Shown here: one piece after another, positions 39,138 to 51,800 of the stretch | Layout of the letters: the number at the start of each line of letters is the position of its first letter | How positions within the stretch are numbered: the stretch's first letter is position 1 | Source: Phoronis australis | Taxonomy: Eukaryota; Animalia; Phoronida | Reading direction: 5' to 3' | Assembly (NCBI GenBank): GCA_002633005.1 | Contig: NMRA01000027.1 | Span: 1,663,921-1,727,920 of the forward strand | Length of the DNA: 64,000 nt | Program-made: the position numbers and the translations under genes | The notes under the pieces: generated by a model | What the model was told of the DNA's origin: nothing | The model's input: the letters and a program-made list of their open reading frames with translations, nothing else | The model's database searches: none

Positions 39138-39434
39138 CAATGGCGGATTTATGCGGACCAAGGGGGCCATTCCCCCTGAAATTCTACCAGATACCATTTG
39201 GCAGTTCGGGTGCAGATTGCTGACTAGACTAGCATATGCGCGCATCCAGGGGGCTAGGGTGGCGAATAAACAATGAATAGGCCTTGAACAAATGCCGTTT
39301 TTTAGTAATAAGGTCATAAACCCAAAAATTCGGTACCCTTTCATCGTTATTTTAGACTAGGCACGCGCATGTCGAAATTCTGGTTATTCCTGAGCTCTGC
39401 CCTCCCTTAACTCAAAACCCTGGATCCGCCCCTG
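39138..39434 (+). mobile_element. hAT-like MITE with 5-bp TSD (ATATT)
   Basis: CAATGGCGGAT...ATCCGCCCCTG; ATATT at 39133-39137 and 39435-39439; homologous to 19492-19810. Confidence 0.85.
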
Positions 39435-40035
39435 ATATTGCTACTGCTGTGAAATAATGAACTGAAATAAAGGTTTTTAATGTTTTGCAGTTACAATATG
39501 CTTCTTTATGGTCAGCTTTCACTGAAAATCTATGCATATAATGCTTCGGTTTTAATGAACTTGGTAAAGAAACACCAGAGGGCACTTTATATTCCAAAGT
39601 ACGCAATCTTTCATTAGGGGTACTGCAAGATTTGAACTTTTTTTCTTAAAATGTGAGTGCTTCTCAGACCCAAATTGAATACGTCTGCTTGGTCTGTTGC
39701 GCATTTTGACAATGAGGCTTTGTGTATTCGTGTGTTGATTGGCCAGTTCGTGGTCTAAGCTGCTGAATTCTTACAGCGAGCTACCATTCAAACCTATAGG
39801 GAAAGGAATTCTCAGAGATGTGCTTCAAATGACCACTATGCACTTTTCGAGCAATCTCATTTTGTCACAATGTGAATGAATAATCAAAATTGTAGACATA
39901 TAAAAATTCAACAACTGCCAAAAATCCAGTTCAGTGTATACACCCTCCTTTAATGCCTCGAAACTTGTTGCTTTTATTTAAAATTGGACGAACGCTGACG
40001 TTGGTGAAACATATCTACTAAACACAGAAAAATCA

Positions 40036-40112
40036 GGAACCCCAACTGGGAATCGAACAACAGGTCTCTAGATTGCCGGTATAATGTTCTTACCACTGAA
40101 CTACTGAGCACC
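40036..40112 (-). pseudogene. Degenerate tRNA-like sequence (SINE head or tRNA pseudogene)
   Basis: Minus strand has A-box TAGTTCAGTGGTAAGA and B-box GTTCGATTCC; stems are degraded. Confidence 0.6.
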
Positions 40113-42245
40113 CGATATCTGTGCAACTACTGTTTGCAGTATGAAACTGTTTGCTGCTGCGAAAAAGGCGAAACGCCGCTCATGAGATGTATGACATAAC
40201 AGTTGGCTGCAAACAACAGTAATTGCTAAGACATTTTGTTATTAAGTTAATACGATTTAGGTGTAAGTTAAGACATAAAACGTTTCATTAAACTTTTGGC
40301 TGTCTTGACTGATCCCAAAATCAGGAAACGTTGTGTCGATTTTGGCATGACGTTTGCCGGGGACTTCAAACTGAAACTAGCGTCTTGAATAAATTATCCT
40401 CCGACAAAACGCCGCAACAAGGGAGAGGGAGGGAGGGAGAGGGAGGTTGCGCATTTTGGTATAGTTACAGGGAATTTTAAGTTCCATCTCGTCTTTCACG
40501 TTACTATCAAGCTCCTCAAATATCGCCCTACATCCCTTTAATGTTTTAACGTGTCTCTTAAATTGTCTATTTCGGTAATTTGAGAAACAAAAACATATTT
40601 AATGTAACTGACAAGGGCAGAAAAGTTGGCATATCTGCGTTTGTCCAATGATGTGTTGCCTCAGTAGTTTACATGTAGTATTAAATGACATGGCTGAGGA
40701 AAACGTCGGAGTTTAGTTTCGTATTTCAGTATGTAGTTTATTACCTTTCGTGCCCCTATGAGCTTACAAATTATAGTAAAAGTAATCGTTGCACATGGCA
40801 TTGATAGCGAAGATGAAAAATATACGTTTACGCATAAATCCATGTCACTGTAATAATAAATGTAATAATGTACCCATTTGGAGTCTGAAAGGAATGGAGC
40901 TCACGTTTCTCCTCAAGAATGAAGGGCGGGTTCATTTTAATGGCATGTTTTCTTTTATAAACGAATACATATCTCCAGCAGTTCTGTGGAGGTAGATGAC
41001 ATATTAGGATGTAACGTATGCCGGTTTTCAAATGCATGGAATGTGCCTCAACTAAAAGAGTCCCGGTGTTACATGATACCATAACAAAAATTAGTTTGAA
41101 GTAAAAAACTAACCTGTGAATGTAGTAAAAATCAGTCATTCTGTGTCAAGAAATTGCCGCAATTGCCGCATTTTGTACCATTAGGCTACCCTTTGCGTAT
41201 CTCCAAAACCACCAAACTTTGTGATGCCATACTTAACCCACTTCCTCTCGACCTTAATGGAATCTACTAAAAACACGATTACTATAATTTGGCAGTAATC
41301 TTTCTCGTATACATATTTCATTGAAGACACGACTTTGATCTGTTTATACTAGTTAAATTTCTCTTCTTTACAACTCTCTGGATAGCGGTCTTGTCTTTAC
41401 ATCACAACAGTGCAATAAAAATACAAACGACATCAGTAAGTAACATAATTTAAATAGCGAACTATTTGTAAATAGTATCCTGAAGATTAGATATGTGTCT
41501 CGAAATATAGCAGTAGAGCAGAAACATCTACCATATAAGCCTAAAGCTATGGCGATCAACCAAAACTAGCGGACTAACACTGATCTAACTGCAATTTAAA
41601 ATCGGTAGACACTGGCTTTGATTTGAATGGCAAGAATTGACTGCTTTGAAAGGCAACGGAATTTGTTGATTAACGGTTCTGGCAAACTTGATGAATCCAA
41701 GAAGTCTGTCCCATCTGTTGTGAATGTGGCATTCTTTCGTTGTTTGGCGTCATGTGGTGCTGTCTGAGTCATCGCTGTGTGTCTACGTTGTTTTCATGGT
41801 GAGCCTGAATATATTAAGTCACGGGACTCTGGGCAGGGTTTTGAAAGCTGTCTTTTGTGCGCACCTCTAGCGTGAAGACGTCCAGTGTTGTATTAATTAC
41901 GTGAAGTCTGACGGCTATAATTCCTGTAAGTCTACCTCCAGAACTACCTGCTTGCAAGCCGCATTTACTATACATCCTTTAAATACGTTTTCGGTCATAA
42001 AATATACGATGCGTCATTGTTCTAATTTGCCTCAAAATTTCAAAAGCATTGCGTGATGCATGAGAAGCTTCTGCCGAGCCCATTCCAACGATTTTTTTGG
42101 CAAATGCAATACAGTAGTCAATGGCATGTGCTGAATACTACGGAATATTTTTGTGGCATCTCGAACCTGGAAAAGGTTCGATTTTGAGATGTCATTTTGG
42201 TCTCTGCAGGTGGGACCTTTCTAGAGACAGGTCACTCAGTCAGTG

Positions 42246-42315
42246 CACAGGCACCTTTTATTAGCCCTCGACGATACACTCTATTATCGTCGAGGACTAA
42301 TAAAGAGTGTCTGTG
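42246..42315. mobile_element. 70-bp hairpin MITE with 7-bp TSD (P-element-like CACAG..CTGTG ends)
   Basis: 31-bp imperfect stem with 8-nt loop; GTCAGTG at 42239-42245 and 42316-42322. Confidence 0.72.
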
Positions 42316-43244
42316 GTCAGTGCGCCTTGAATTTTAATTTTAAATCAACTTCGCCAGTACTTTGAATAACTAACGTAGCTCAAAATGTCAAGTGCGTTGC
42401 GTTGGTGATATATTTGTAATTGTTGCTTGGCCCAACTCAGAATATTTGATATGTGGCGTGTACTAAATAACATAGAATTGTCTTTGTGGTACCTCAATCA
42501 ATTTTGCAGGTTCAATTTGGGTTGTTGGCGAACCTTTATCAGAAAGCAATTATTGTGCCATGGGTCACGCGGTGCTTATTAAAGCACGTTTATGCATTTT
42601 AAAGCACTTCCTTCCGGTACCTCGAATTTCTTACCTACATGGAGCTCAAATTTTGAACACCAATCTGTGGGTGAGGTGTTTTGTGGTTGGTCATTTACCT
42701 TAATTTTCAACAGCATTTCGAGTGTGAGATTTTTTGTGATTTTTGGTGGTCCAATCCACACCGGCACATGCCATTTTGTGATCAGTGTACTGATCATAAT
42801 CAAATGAAATTGTTTTTGTGGTACATCGAATGTTTAGGCTAGCTTAAAGTTGGGTGTCGTTTTGGTGCATCTGGCGGGGTTTTCCAGCGTGCAGTACGTC
42901 TGCCGTAGGACATTCAGTGCTCAGTGTGGCAAAATGGCTTACTTTAAATCAGTTTTAGCCGATATCTCGAGTTTCTAATTTATCTTAATTTTGATTTCCT
43001 CCATTAGGTCCCTCGGGAGCACACCAGAGTACAGACACCTGCAGACATCCATTTCATTAAATTTTTAATTGAACAAAATGAAACAAAGAGCGTTAAGTTA
43101 AAAATAGTACAATAGACTTACCCTGGCTGTATCCCAAAGCCATCCCGATGACAAGTACTATACCCACAACTAGAAACAAACATTGCACAATATATGCAAT
43201 AGCTGGGAAAACGGTGCACGAAAAGGTCACGAGCAATTCTCGTG

Positions 43245-43617
43245 CCGGGGTTTTCCGCAGATAAGCTTACAGATGAAACGCCCGTGGGCGTTTATTCGGA
43301 AAATTATGCCACGGAAACGCTCATGGGTGTTTATTGGTGTTACAACATCTGATGTCAAGTCTCCAGATAGTGGGGCTTCTATTCGGAGAATTTCTTCTTA
43401 AAATCCAACTCAGCATCAACTTTTTGTCACAAATTCAGTTTTGTAGAGCATTTATCTTTTATGTTTTAAGTAAAAAATGTGGATGTCAGGAAAACTATGA
43501 CTTTCCGTTCACATGTTCCCTTTTCCAAGTAAATGCCAGGGCGTTTATTTGGTGGTACTAAAACGACTGAAAATTTTCCGAATACACGCCTATGGGCTTA
43601 TCTACGGAAAATTCCGG
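43245..43617. mobile_element. Tc1/mariner (pogo/Tigger-like) MITE
   Basis: CCGGGGTTTTCCGCAGATAAGC / GCTTATCTACGGAAAATTCCGG-TA imperfect TIRs with internal GGGCGTTTATT subrepeats. Confidence 0.55.
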
Positions 43618-43824
43618 TATGTACCTGTCGATTACCAACGGCGGCAGATGACAGATACTTCAGAAAGAAACTTTAAAAAGAATTACCGCACATGCGTTTT
43701 ATTCTGGGAGCCAGGGGGCTGAACCTGATTTTGTCGGATAAAGTTTTCCTTTGATATTTCATGTAGCTTAGGGTTAAGTAACCATGATTTAGGGGGTGAC
43801 CGTTGGCAACCTCTCAACATTTTT

Positions 43825-44330
43825 TTAAATATGCAAATTAAGGTCACCATTATTCAAAATTTTATTTTTGATTATAATTTCCTTACCAAGCACTGCAGGC
43901 AGATAATTTTGACGTTTTCATGTATGTTTCTTTGGTCAGCAAATTTAATAGTGCAATTTTTTTGGTGGATACATTGTCAATTTGCATAATTTATGCAAGT
44001 TAAGGCCGCCATTATTCAAAATTATTCTTGTGCTTATAGCTACGTTACCAGGCACCACAGATGAACTATAATATTTGCACCTATATTCTTATGCTCAATT
44101 AGTTAAATGAAATCGGTTTGTATGTTTTTGCATAATACATTTGCATAATTAATGCAAATTTGCATAAATAATGCAAATTGAGGGTGCCAGTATTCAAAAT
44201 TCTACTTGTCGTTAAAGCTGCGGTACCAAGCACCACAGCTAAACTCTCATGAAATCAATTTGCAAGTTGCAGGATAAATTTGCATAATTTATGCAAATAT
44301 AGGTGGCTACTATTAAAAATTCTCTATTTG
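43825..44330 (+). repeat. Degenerate tandem repeat rich in ATGCAAAT/TTTGCAT
   Basis: ATGCAAAT..GG..CC.TATTCAAAATT-like block recurs near 43831, 43993, 44171 and 44291. Confidence 0.65.
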
Positions 44331-44553
44331 CTTATATCATTCATATATGGGGCACCACATGAAGCTGATTTCGGTATTCTTACTGATGAATGTCTTTACG
44401 TTACAAATATAAATAATCTTTAATTTATTACACAACAATACAAGTTCTAGTTTTGTCTGATACCCAGGTAAATCTAGGAGACAACCAAATTGTTGCGTAT
44501 GGGCAGAGAAGTGACCTTCACAATATAGCTACATGTTTCTACTGTCAACTTAA

Positions 44554-46262
44554 AGGAGAATGCCACCCAAAAACAACCTATTTTATATCAATTAAGAGCA
44601 AGTAGTTCTACTCGATAACGGCACGTTCGGTTGCGTTACCTGACACGGAAGTGTTGAAATTATCCAATGGCGTCATTGATTTCATACGCAGTCTCTAAAG
44701 CAGTTCATAACACGGATTACTGGTGTCAGCTTATCGCTTGAATTCATCGTTTAACACCAATAAATCATCAAACTTCGATGTAAAACTCTTAAAAATACAC
44801 CGAGTTCTTATAAAAACGTGTTGCTTTATTTCGCTGTTACGTATATATTGGTATTTGGACACAACGTAGCCTACAAATTTCGGCAGGCCAATTTACATGT
44901 ACCAAGGTCCGTAGCAGGAGTTTGGGGTCTGTTCGGAGATAAATTCGAAGTATTCTTCCGTGAAATACAGGCAGAAGCACTTAGATCTGTGTTATTTAGA
45001 CTTGTGATTTTTTTAGTTCTAAACACAGAAAACGCTGGTTATCCCGGCCAGTGGCTCGGAACCCAATCAGGCCCATTGCGACTGGACTGACTCGTTATCC
45101 CGGCCAGTGGCTCGGAACCCGATCAAGCCTTCTGCGGTCGCTGGGACTGGCACGAACATAAACCAGCTTGAGTTGGAAACTAAACCTACAGTAACGAAAA
45201 GACTATAATAGTGAGCCAAAGAAATAATGTGCACGTAATTATTTACGTGAATTAGCTACTTGGGNNNNNNNNNNNNNNNNNNNNNNNNNNGGTTCCCCTT
45301 CCACAGACCGTCAAGGCAAAGGCTGTACAGTAACAATGATTTGAATAATGTATTTGTATTTCTGAAGAAAGATTCCCCTAACATGTGACCATAGCATATA
45401 AAATCGAGTAATTGTTTCACAACAGCTTTCTATCAGCAAACGCTGAATTAGCAAACGCTCACACGGCCTCGGTGCCCTGTCAATTACCTTTATTGCCAGC
45501 ATCAAAAGCCGGTAACGCAGTGGTTTATTCATTGCTGGCTTCTCAACGTTTGCATTCACGATTGAATACTGCAAAGGCATTACAAATTGTACCCAATGAG
45601 ACAGACTTTGTTTCAGTTTTATATAAGCATTGGTTAGGATGAGAATAATTCATTTTTTAAAACAGAACGCAGAATAATAAACGTCTACATGGCAACTCGT
45701 CCTGCACCAAACCGGACTTAGTAGTCAAGAGCTCATCCAACGAAGATTTCACGGGTCGGATCGTTAGATTTCACAGGCTATCAGTTCGAACCGGAATACA
45801 CTGATCAAGAAATACTAGAGGCGCCGTGAACATGCACAGGCAACGGAACGTATGGATAGTTCTTTGGTAAGCCGGATTTCGTCAGAGAAATCACTGTCGA
45901 CGAAATGCCGGCCACAGACACGGAGATGTTTCACGGCCTCATACTTGCTAGTAACAAGGTACCTTTCATTCTTCACTACCGCGACCCACTTCCTAAGCAT
46001 TTCGGGCTCTCGAGGAAGTCGAAAAAACGACATACCCGCTTTCTTCGCAGCTTCATTGTTCGGACAAGCGGGAACGATGTATTGCGATATAGCGGCATTC
46101 ACTCAGCAGACGAACCACTGGCGTCGCTGCGTCGTTTTTCACATTCTTCACAGGTTAACGCGACACCTCTCGGCAAGGTGAGGTCTACCGTATAAGAAGC
46201 GATGTGGATATGGACCGATTAATACGGTAAAAAAGACTAATTAAATCGGGTGGCATTCTCCT
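44554..46262 (-). mobile_element. Non-autonomous Kolobok DNA transposon, full-length inverted copy
   Basis: TTAA at 44550-44553 and 46263-46266, perfect 15-bp TIR AGGAGAATGCCACCC; reverse-complement homolog of 14029-15733; contains a 26-N gap. Confidence 0.88.
45815..46102 (-). pseudogene. THAP zinc-finger fragment of the Kolobok transposase
   Basis: 95-codon open frame IVPAC..FFRLP..W..LRVCGRHF; the first zinc-binding Cys is replaced by Tyr. Confidence 0.75.
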
Positions 46263-47487
46263 TTAATTACTACGACTGTTCTAAGCTCACTAGGTGATTT
46301 TCTGATTGTGGTGTTTGAAGCTATATTCCTTGTCATAGCAATGCACATGAAGCACAACTACACTTTCGTCACCCGAAACAACATAAGTTTATTAAGTTCA
46401 CATGCACATTTCACGTCCTCTTCCTCAAAAATGGAGCCGTCTTCTTTGTGAGATGTTTCCAGATGATACCTCTTGCCAATGTCTTTGTACTATATCAAGG
46501 AACAGGTTTCTTCGAAAGAACTTATTCACTCGAAGGAAGATTCGACATTTTGTCACTTTTATTTTAGTCTAGCGGTGTGCTCGTGATGTTAAGCATTCTC
46601 TTAGCTCTTTGGCTGGCATTCGGGTCCCTTCATGACGTCGTTTTAGATCAAACTGAGGGTACAAGGTGGCATTCGATTTGATTTGTCGTTGTTAAAGAAA
46701 GGTAAAAAAGAGGTTAAATATAACCATTAAGATCGTTTTCGGTTCCCAGATACGGACAATTCAGTTTGGTTAGTACTTACACAATCAACAATTAAATAGC
46801 CAATATTCAGCTCTTTTAAAACAGTTTAATCAAAGGATTGGTTTGCCGACTACATTAAAAAATAGTTTTCTCATATTCATTTGATGTATGTCCGTTTGAC
46901 AAATTTGTGAAAAAAATTTCGCTGGCCATTCACCTGTACTTCAGAGCCGAGTATGGGCTAAGCTATATTTTGACATTAGTCTTCATACAGCTTGACTGGT
47001 TAATGTTTCAGTGTTTTGCAATTTGAGTGTGATATGTATGACTCCAATTTCTACACATCCAATGTACGTATTTCGAGCTCACAATATGCATACATGTGGA
47101 GTATTACATGGCGAAGTCGTTATCCCCGGTAATCTAGAGCCGAGTGGATTTTGGAGAATTCTACGAAATCTATGAGGGCTCTAGGTAAGGGGGATAACGT
47201 CTGACAACATGTAATAATCTATTTATACCACATACTGGACAATAAACACTACTGAATCGGTATACATGTCTCGACTCGCTTCGGCTTTGAAGTACTCTCT
47301 ATGTCAGAGGCCTGGGTCTTGTTAAAATAGTAATTTACTCAAACCCAATAGGAAATTTAACAAAATAGAACTACAGTGAATCTATAAAATACGTGTTACG
47401 CAAACAATCATATGCTTACTACACATCTGATCATGCTAAGCTTTCCCCGTGAAAATATCGTCTGCTAGAGTAAGTTACCACTGGTTA

Positions 47488-48493
47488 TAGCCAGCCAGCT
47501 AGCTGTAAGAAGAATGTCTTCAAAATACAGCTAGGTACCACTGTGTGTATTTCTTCCGTAGACCCCGAAAGTGCACACAGCCAGGGTAATTCTGCTCGTC
47601 ACCTCGCCGTGAAACTTGTATCAACATGTAAAGCTAAAGACCGGACAAGGTGCATGCAAAATCTGGGAATCAAACGACACTCACCTTGCCCGTTACAGCC
47701 GTTTAAGTGAAAAATAATGTAATAAACGTCATGTTCGTGCATAACTCTCAGCCTTTTCTAACAATGAAATTTTCGGATGTAACAACTTCCTTTATCAACA
47801 AAAACAGAAATAAAGTAAAATCAAACACAAAATGACAATTGTGTTTGATTTTACTTTATTTCTGTTTTTGTTGATAAAGGAAGTTGTTACATCCGAAAAT
47901 TTCAAATTTCAGTTGATACATTCTTGTTGTTTTATTTACCGATTTATATTCTTCATTTCATGAAACAATAGTATCCTTGGGAGGATCTGGATCGCCTTAT
48001 TTAGTTTCAGATATATTTTCTACGTTATCTAACAATGAAAAGTATGTCTTCGTTTTGAAAACAGTACACTCGTGTCACGCGCACGCGCCATTTCCTAAAT
48101 TTTTGTGACATCTCTCGGGAGATGGTGATAGCTTGGCAGCAGCAAAATTTCTTCTGAAATTCGGCTTTCCGGTATCAAAATTCTAAAAACTTATAATGAA
48201 GTCAAACCAGTTTTGTTGTGACGTGTACGCAACCTTGTGAAAGAACAACAGTTGATCTAAGAATCGGCGAAAAAAAAACTGGCCAATAGGTGACACAATA
48301 TTTCATGGCGCCAAAAGCCGTAGCTAAAGATCGCTCCACAACTTAAGCAGCAGAATAACGGTAGAACTTCAGTTTACTCAAGGACGACAGTAGTTTTTAA
48401 TGACATTAATTTTGTGTCAGATTTTATCTTACCACTATTTTACCCACATCGGTACAAAGCTGTATATTTATATACAGCTTTGTACCAAGGCTA
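47488..48493. mobile_element. 1006-bp AcademH-type non-autonomous element with 9-bp TSD
   Basis: Same ends (TAGCCAGCCAGCTAGCTGTA...TACAGCTTTGTACCAAGGCTA); CACTGGTTA at 47479-47487 and 48494-48502; decayed relative near 30160-30252. Confidence 0.82.
47765..47904. repeat. Perfect inverted repeat, 66-bp arms with 8-nt spacer
   Basis: 47765-47830 is the exact reverse complement of 47839-47904. Confidence 0.93.
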
Positions 48494-48736
48494 CACTGGT
48501 TACTGAGTATATCCAAGTAAAATGATTCCGACGACACGTTAGTCGCATTCAAACTGGAAATCGACGATTTACACGTTAGAGAAAATGACAAATAATTTTA
48601 CTGAATTAAAGCTGTCGTTCTTAGTGAAATTAGTCGTCTTATTTCCCATAGCGTATAAATGTAAGTTCAATGCCTTTTGTTGAACATGCGATTATTGCGT
48701 GTCTCAATTAAGTATTCTATTTTCACGTTCCATGAC

Positions 48737-48808
48737 GTCAGCTGATGAGTGGTGTTTAAGTTGATGACTAGAAACTCTTGCGAAGTGGGTTCGAAACCGG
48801 CCTTGGTC
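48737..48808 (+). pseudogene. Degenerate tRNA-Ser(AGA)-like sequence or SINE head
   Basis: GAGTGG..TTAAG..GATGACTAGAAA..GGTTCGAAACC resembles eukaryotic tRNA-Ser(AGA); stems do not pair. Confidence 0.45.
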
Positions 48809-51800
48809 TCCGCCAAATTGTTATTCAACGCGCTTCGAATAACTAAACGGATTATTTAACGTTTGCATTGGCCATGTCAGGCTGATAATGTGGCATAAAA
48901 TTAATTATTGAGCAATTTGTGAGGTATGATAATACTCAGTTTGACAGCTTTTTCACAATTCTCCACTAAAGGATGAGACGTACAAAGCTGAGTAAATGGC
49001 ACCTGCGCCTGTCACCGTGGTGTTTTGAAGTCGGCAACACACGCTTCGAAAAGTAGGCGAAAGATGAAAAAAAGTGACTGTTATTTGTTTTTTTTTTAAT
49101 TGAAGGATTGAAAAACGAAAAATGAGCCGGTTTATTCCCAGATTTTGCACGGACTAACAGGGGCCGAGAGCTTTACATATTTAATAAATTCCGTGATCCA
49201 TGTAAATTTTACACGCACCGTTCTCTCGCCTTATTCTGACGCTAGTCAGCTGCTTGGAGCGGTTATCTGGCTAAGTGACAACTGACTAAAACCAATAGGC
49301 ACAAGTCATACATAGCACTTAAAGTGTCGTGTTTGTGAGTTTGTTTTATTTCCAGATGTGCTTACCTGACGTTACCCAGATCATTCTCGTAGAAGCAAGG
49401 TGTGAAAAGGCGCTATACCAGATGTTACGTCTTCTCCACTTTCGAGGGTAATGAGACATAAAAGGAAATTTGCAAGCAATAGAGAGGTTTCGCAAAGCGA
49501 CATGAACATGAATTATCACGCATTTTATCCCATACACGTTGAATCTGTCGAGGAAAATACGGCCATGTAATGAAGTTTCCGTATTCACCTCCCGCACTAC
49601 TTCAACAGTGACCTCTGACATGGAAAGTTCGAAAGGTAGTTCAATATTGACTCGACCTCGTTAGCCGGTTCGATCACCAAACTTTCGGAAAATAGTTTAA
49701 AGTAATACAAGTATAGCAATGTAAATAACGCTTGACATACAATCCGGTCACAATCACAGGCGCTCGGATTTCCAGATCAATCATAACCATACATAAGAAA
49801 CATAAAGGTTGGATTTGCCAAGCCGAGGCTCCCAACTGTTCAAAATCCAAATAAAATCTGCGTGCACCTCCCTCAGTCTGGTATTGCATAAACTTTCGAA
49901 GCTTTATCTTTCCTAGATCCCATTACCTGTCTTCGTGAGTGGTGAATTAGTGATGGAATTTCCAAAACAATCTCAAAACTCGGAATTCAAGGACCTAAAA
50001 TATTAAACATGGCGGATTTCAGTTGTGCTTCAACTTCTACGCCTGTCGTAGGTGAAACTTCGAGCTTGAGCAAGCAACCTATATTTCAAATTCAATAATT
50101 CTAATCCAAAACTCAACCTAGAAACCAGGTTGCTAGACTCAACTAACTGAGAATGTTAAAGTTAGTATTTTAATAATTATTTTTAACTTTATTCCACTGA
50201 CGGCTCGTTTTAGCCCTTAACTTAGAATTTTATTGCATAAACTAGCGTTTCTTGTTCCTCGTCTTGACATCACGCACTTTTTGATTGAAGCACAACACAC
50301 ACTCGTCCAGGAAACGCAGTCCGTGCAAGCATTACAATGGGCGTGGCCGACGAGTTAACTCAATGGTTTTGGCCAAAAGTAAAGCCTTCAAAAGAAATCA
50401 CAGTACACAAAAAACTTCGCATATCAATACATTATCAGGATGATTTATATTTGACACAAATATCTGAGTAGTTACATTTATTTGGCAATGATATTTTTAA
50501 AGTGCTCTTTGCTTCTCATGACCAAGTAGTCGAGGGATTGACGGCGCGCGAAAATAGACTTTCGGATTTAGCTCGGAAGCGTCCGTTAAAACCCGGATTT
50601 GCGAAGACTGTCTGCCATGAAATCACGGAATAGATTCCTTGAATTTGTGATTTTGGCATTCTTTTTGTCGCCAAATCACCACTCGAAGGCAATTTGAAGA
50701 GATCAAATGAAAGAAGGTATTCAAAGAGTTGTTCGATGCTAGTTTCGTGGAGTTCCATGCACATTTGAGTAGAAAATTTTTAGGAAACGGATTTCGAGTG
50801 TCCAACCTTTATGTTTTCTTACATGTAGTAGTGAGTGAGGTCATTTCCGATCGAGGAACAGATAAACCCAAGCGCCTGTGGTCTCAATTATATGACAGTT
50901 CTGTCTCAGTTTTCACTTGCTAAATACTTTATCGTCTGCAAATCAGGCGCCGATTCCACGGTAACTACAATATCAAATATTGTTGTTATTTAACTATTTT
51001 CAGATGTTACAAGTTCAATTAAAAGTTACCGTTGTTTTCGTCTTTGTCACCTCTTTTCAAGAAAAAAATCAGCAGCCTAACGCTCAAGTACATGCATATA
51101 TGATGTGATACGCCGCGTGAACAGTCTGAGTGAGAATTCGAAGCATATGCTGTCTCGGTGGATACGCGGAATAATGTCTCGTGGGAAATTACATCACTGT
51201 ACGTTTTGTGTATGTATTACCGCGTCATTCATGCCATTGTTTACTGTGACAAAATCCCCATAGCGTTTAAATATTTTACAAGAATACAGAGAGATTCGCG
51301 TCGCTTTAAATGCAAAACCTGTTGCCCCTTTGATTCTTATTTCGTGAGATATCGAAAAGGCTTTTATTTTGGTAGGGTTTTCAGTCTTTATTCTTTGCGT
51401 CAGCAGATAATGAACACGAATCTTTTGTCTACAAATGTTCTTACAGTTCAGCTGCAAGAAAGATTTTTTCCAGAACGCGTATTCTGCAGTACTTCCCTGC
51501 ATATCATCGCACTAGAATGGAATTTTAACAGATATGATTTTGTGTTGTTAATTTTTTACATGCTTAATTCACATGCATCTATTTATTTTAAACTGCAATT
51601 AAATTTCGCATTCTAAAAGTTGCCCGCTTTTCACAGGACTTCAAATATGCCACTTCTTTATATTCAGCATATTCTATATTGCATATCAGTTTCACAACGC
51701 AATACAGTAAACTTCAATAAATTAAATACAACATGTTTCATTCAAGACTCTGTAAAATGGGCCAATTGTCCATGTAAGCAATACAACGATCAAATCACAG

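Noticed and set aside
40036-40112. Functional tRNA gene
   Set aside because: Acceptor and anticodon stems are broken; only the A and B boxes remain.
48741-48812. Hammerhead ribozyme (CTGATGA...GAAA...GTC)
   Set aside because: Stems I and II do not pair; better explained as decayed tRNA-Ser-like sequence.
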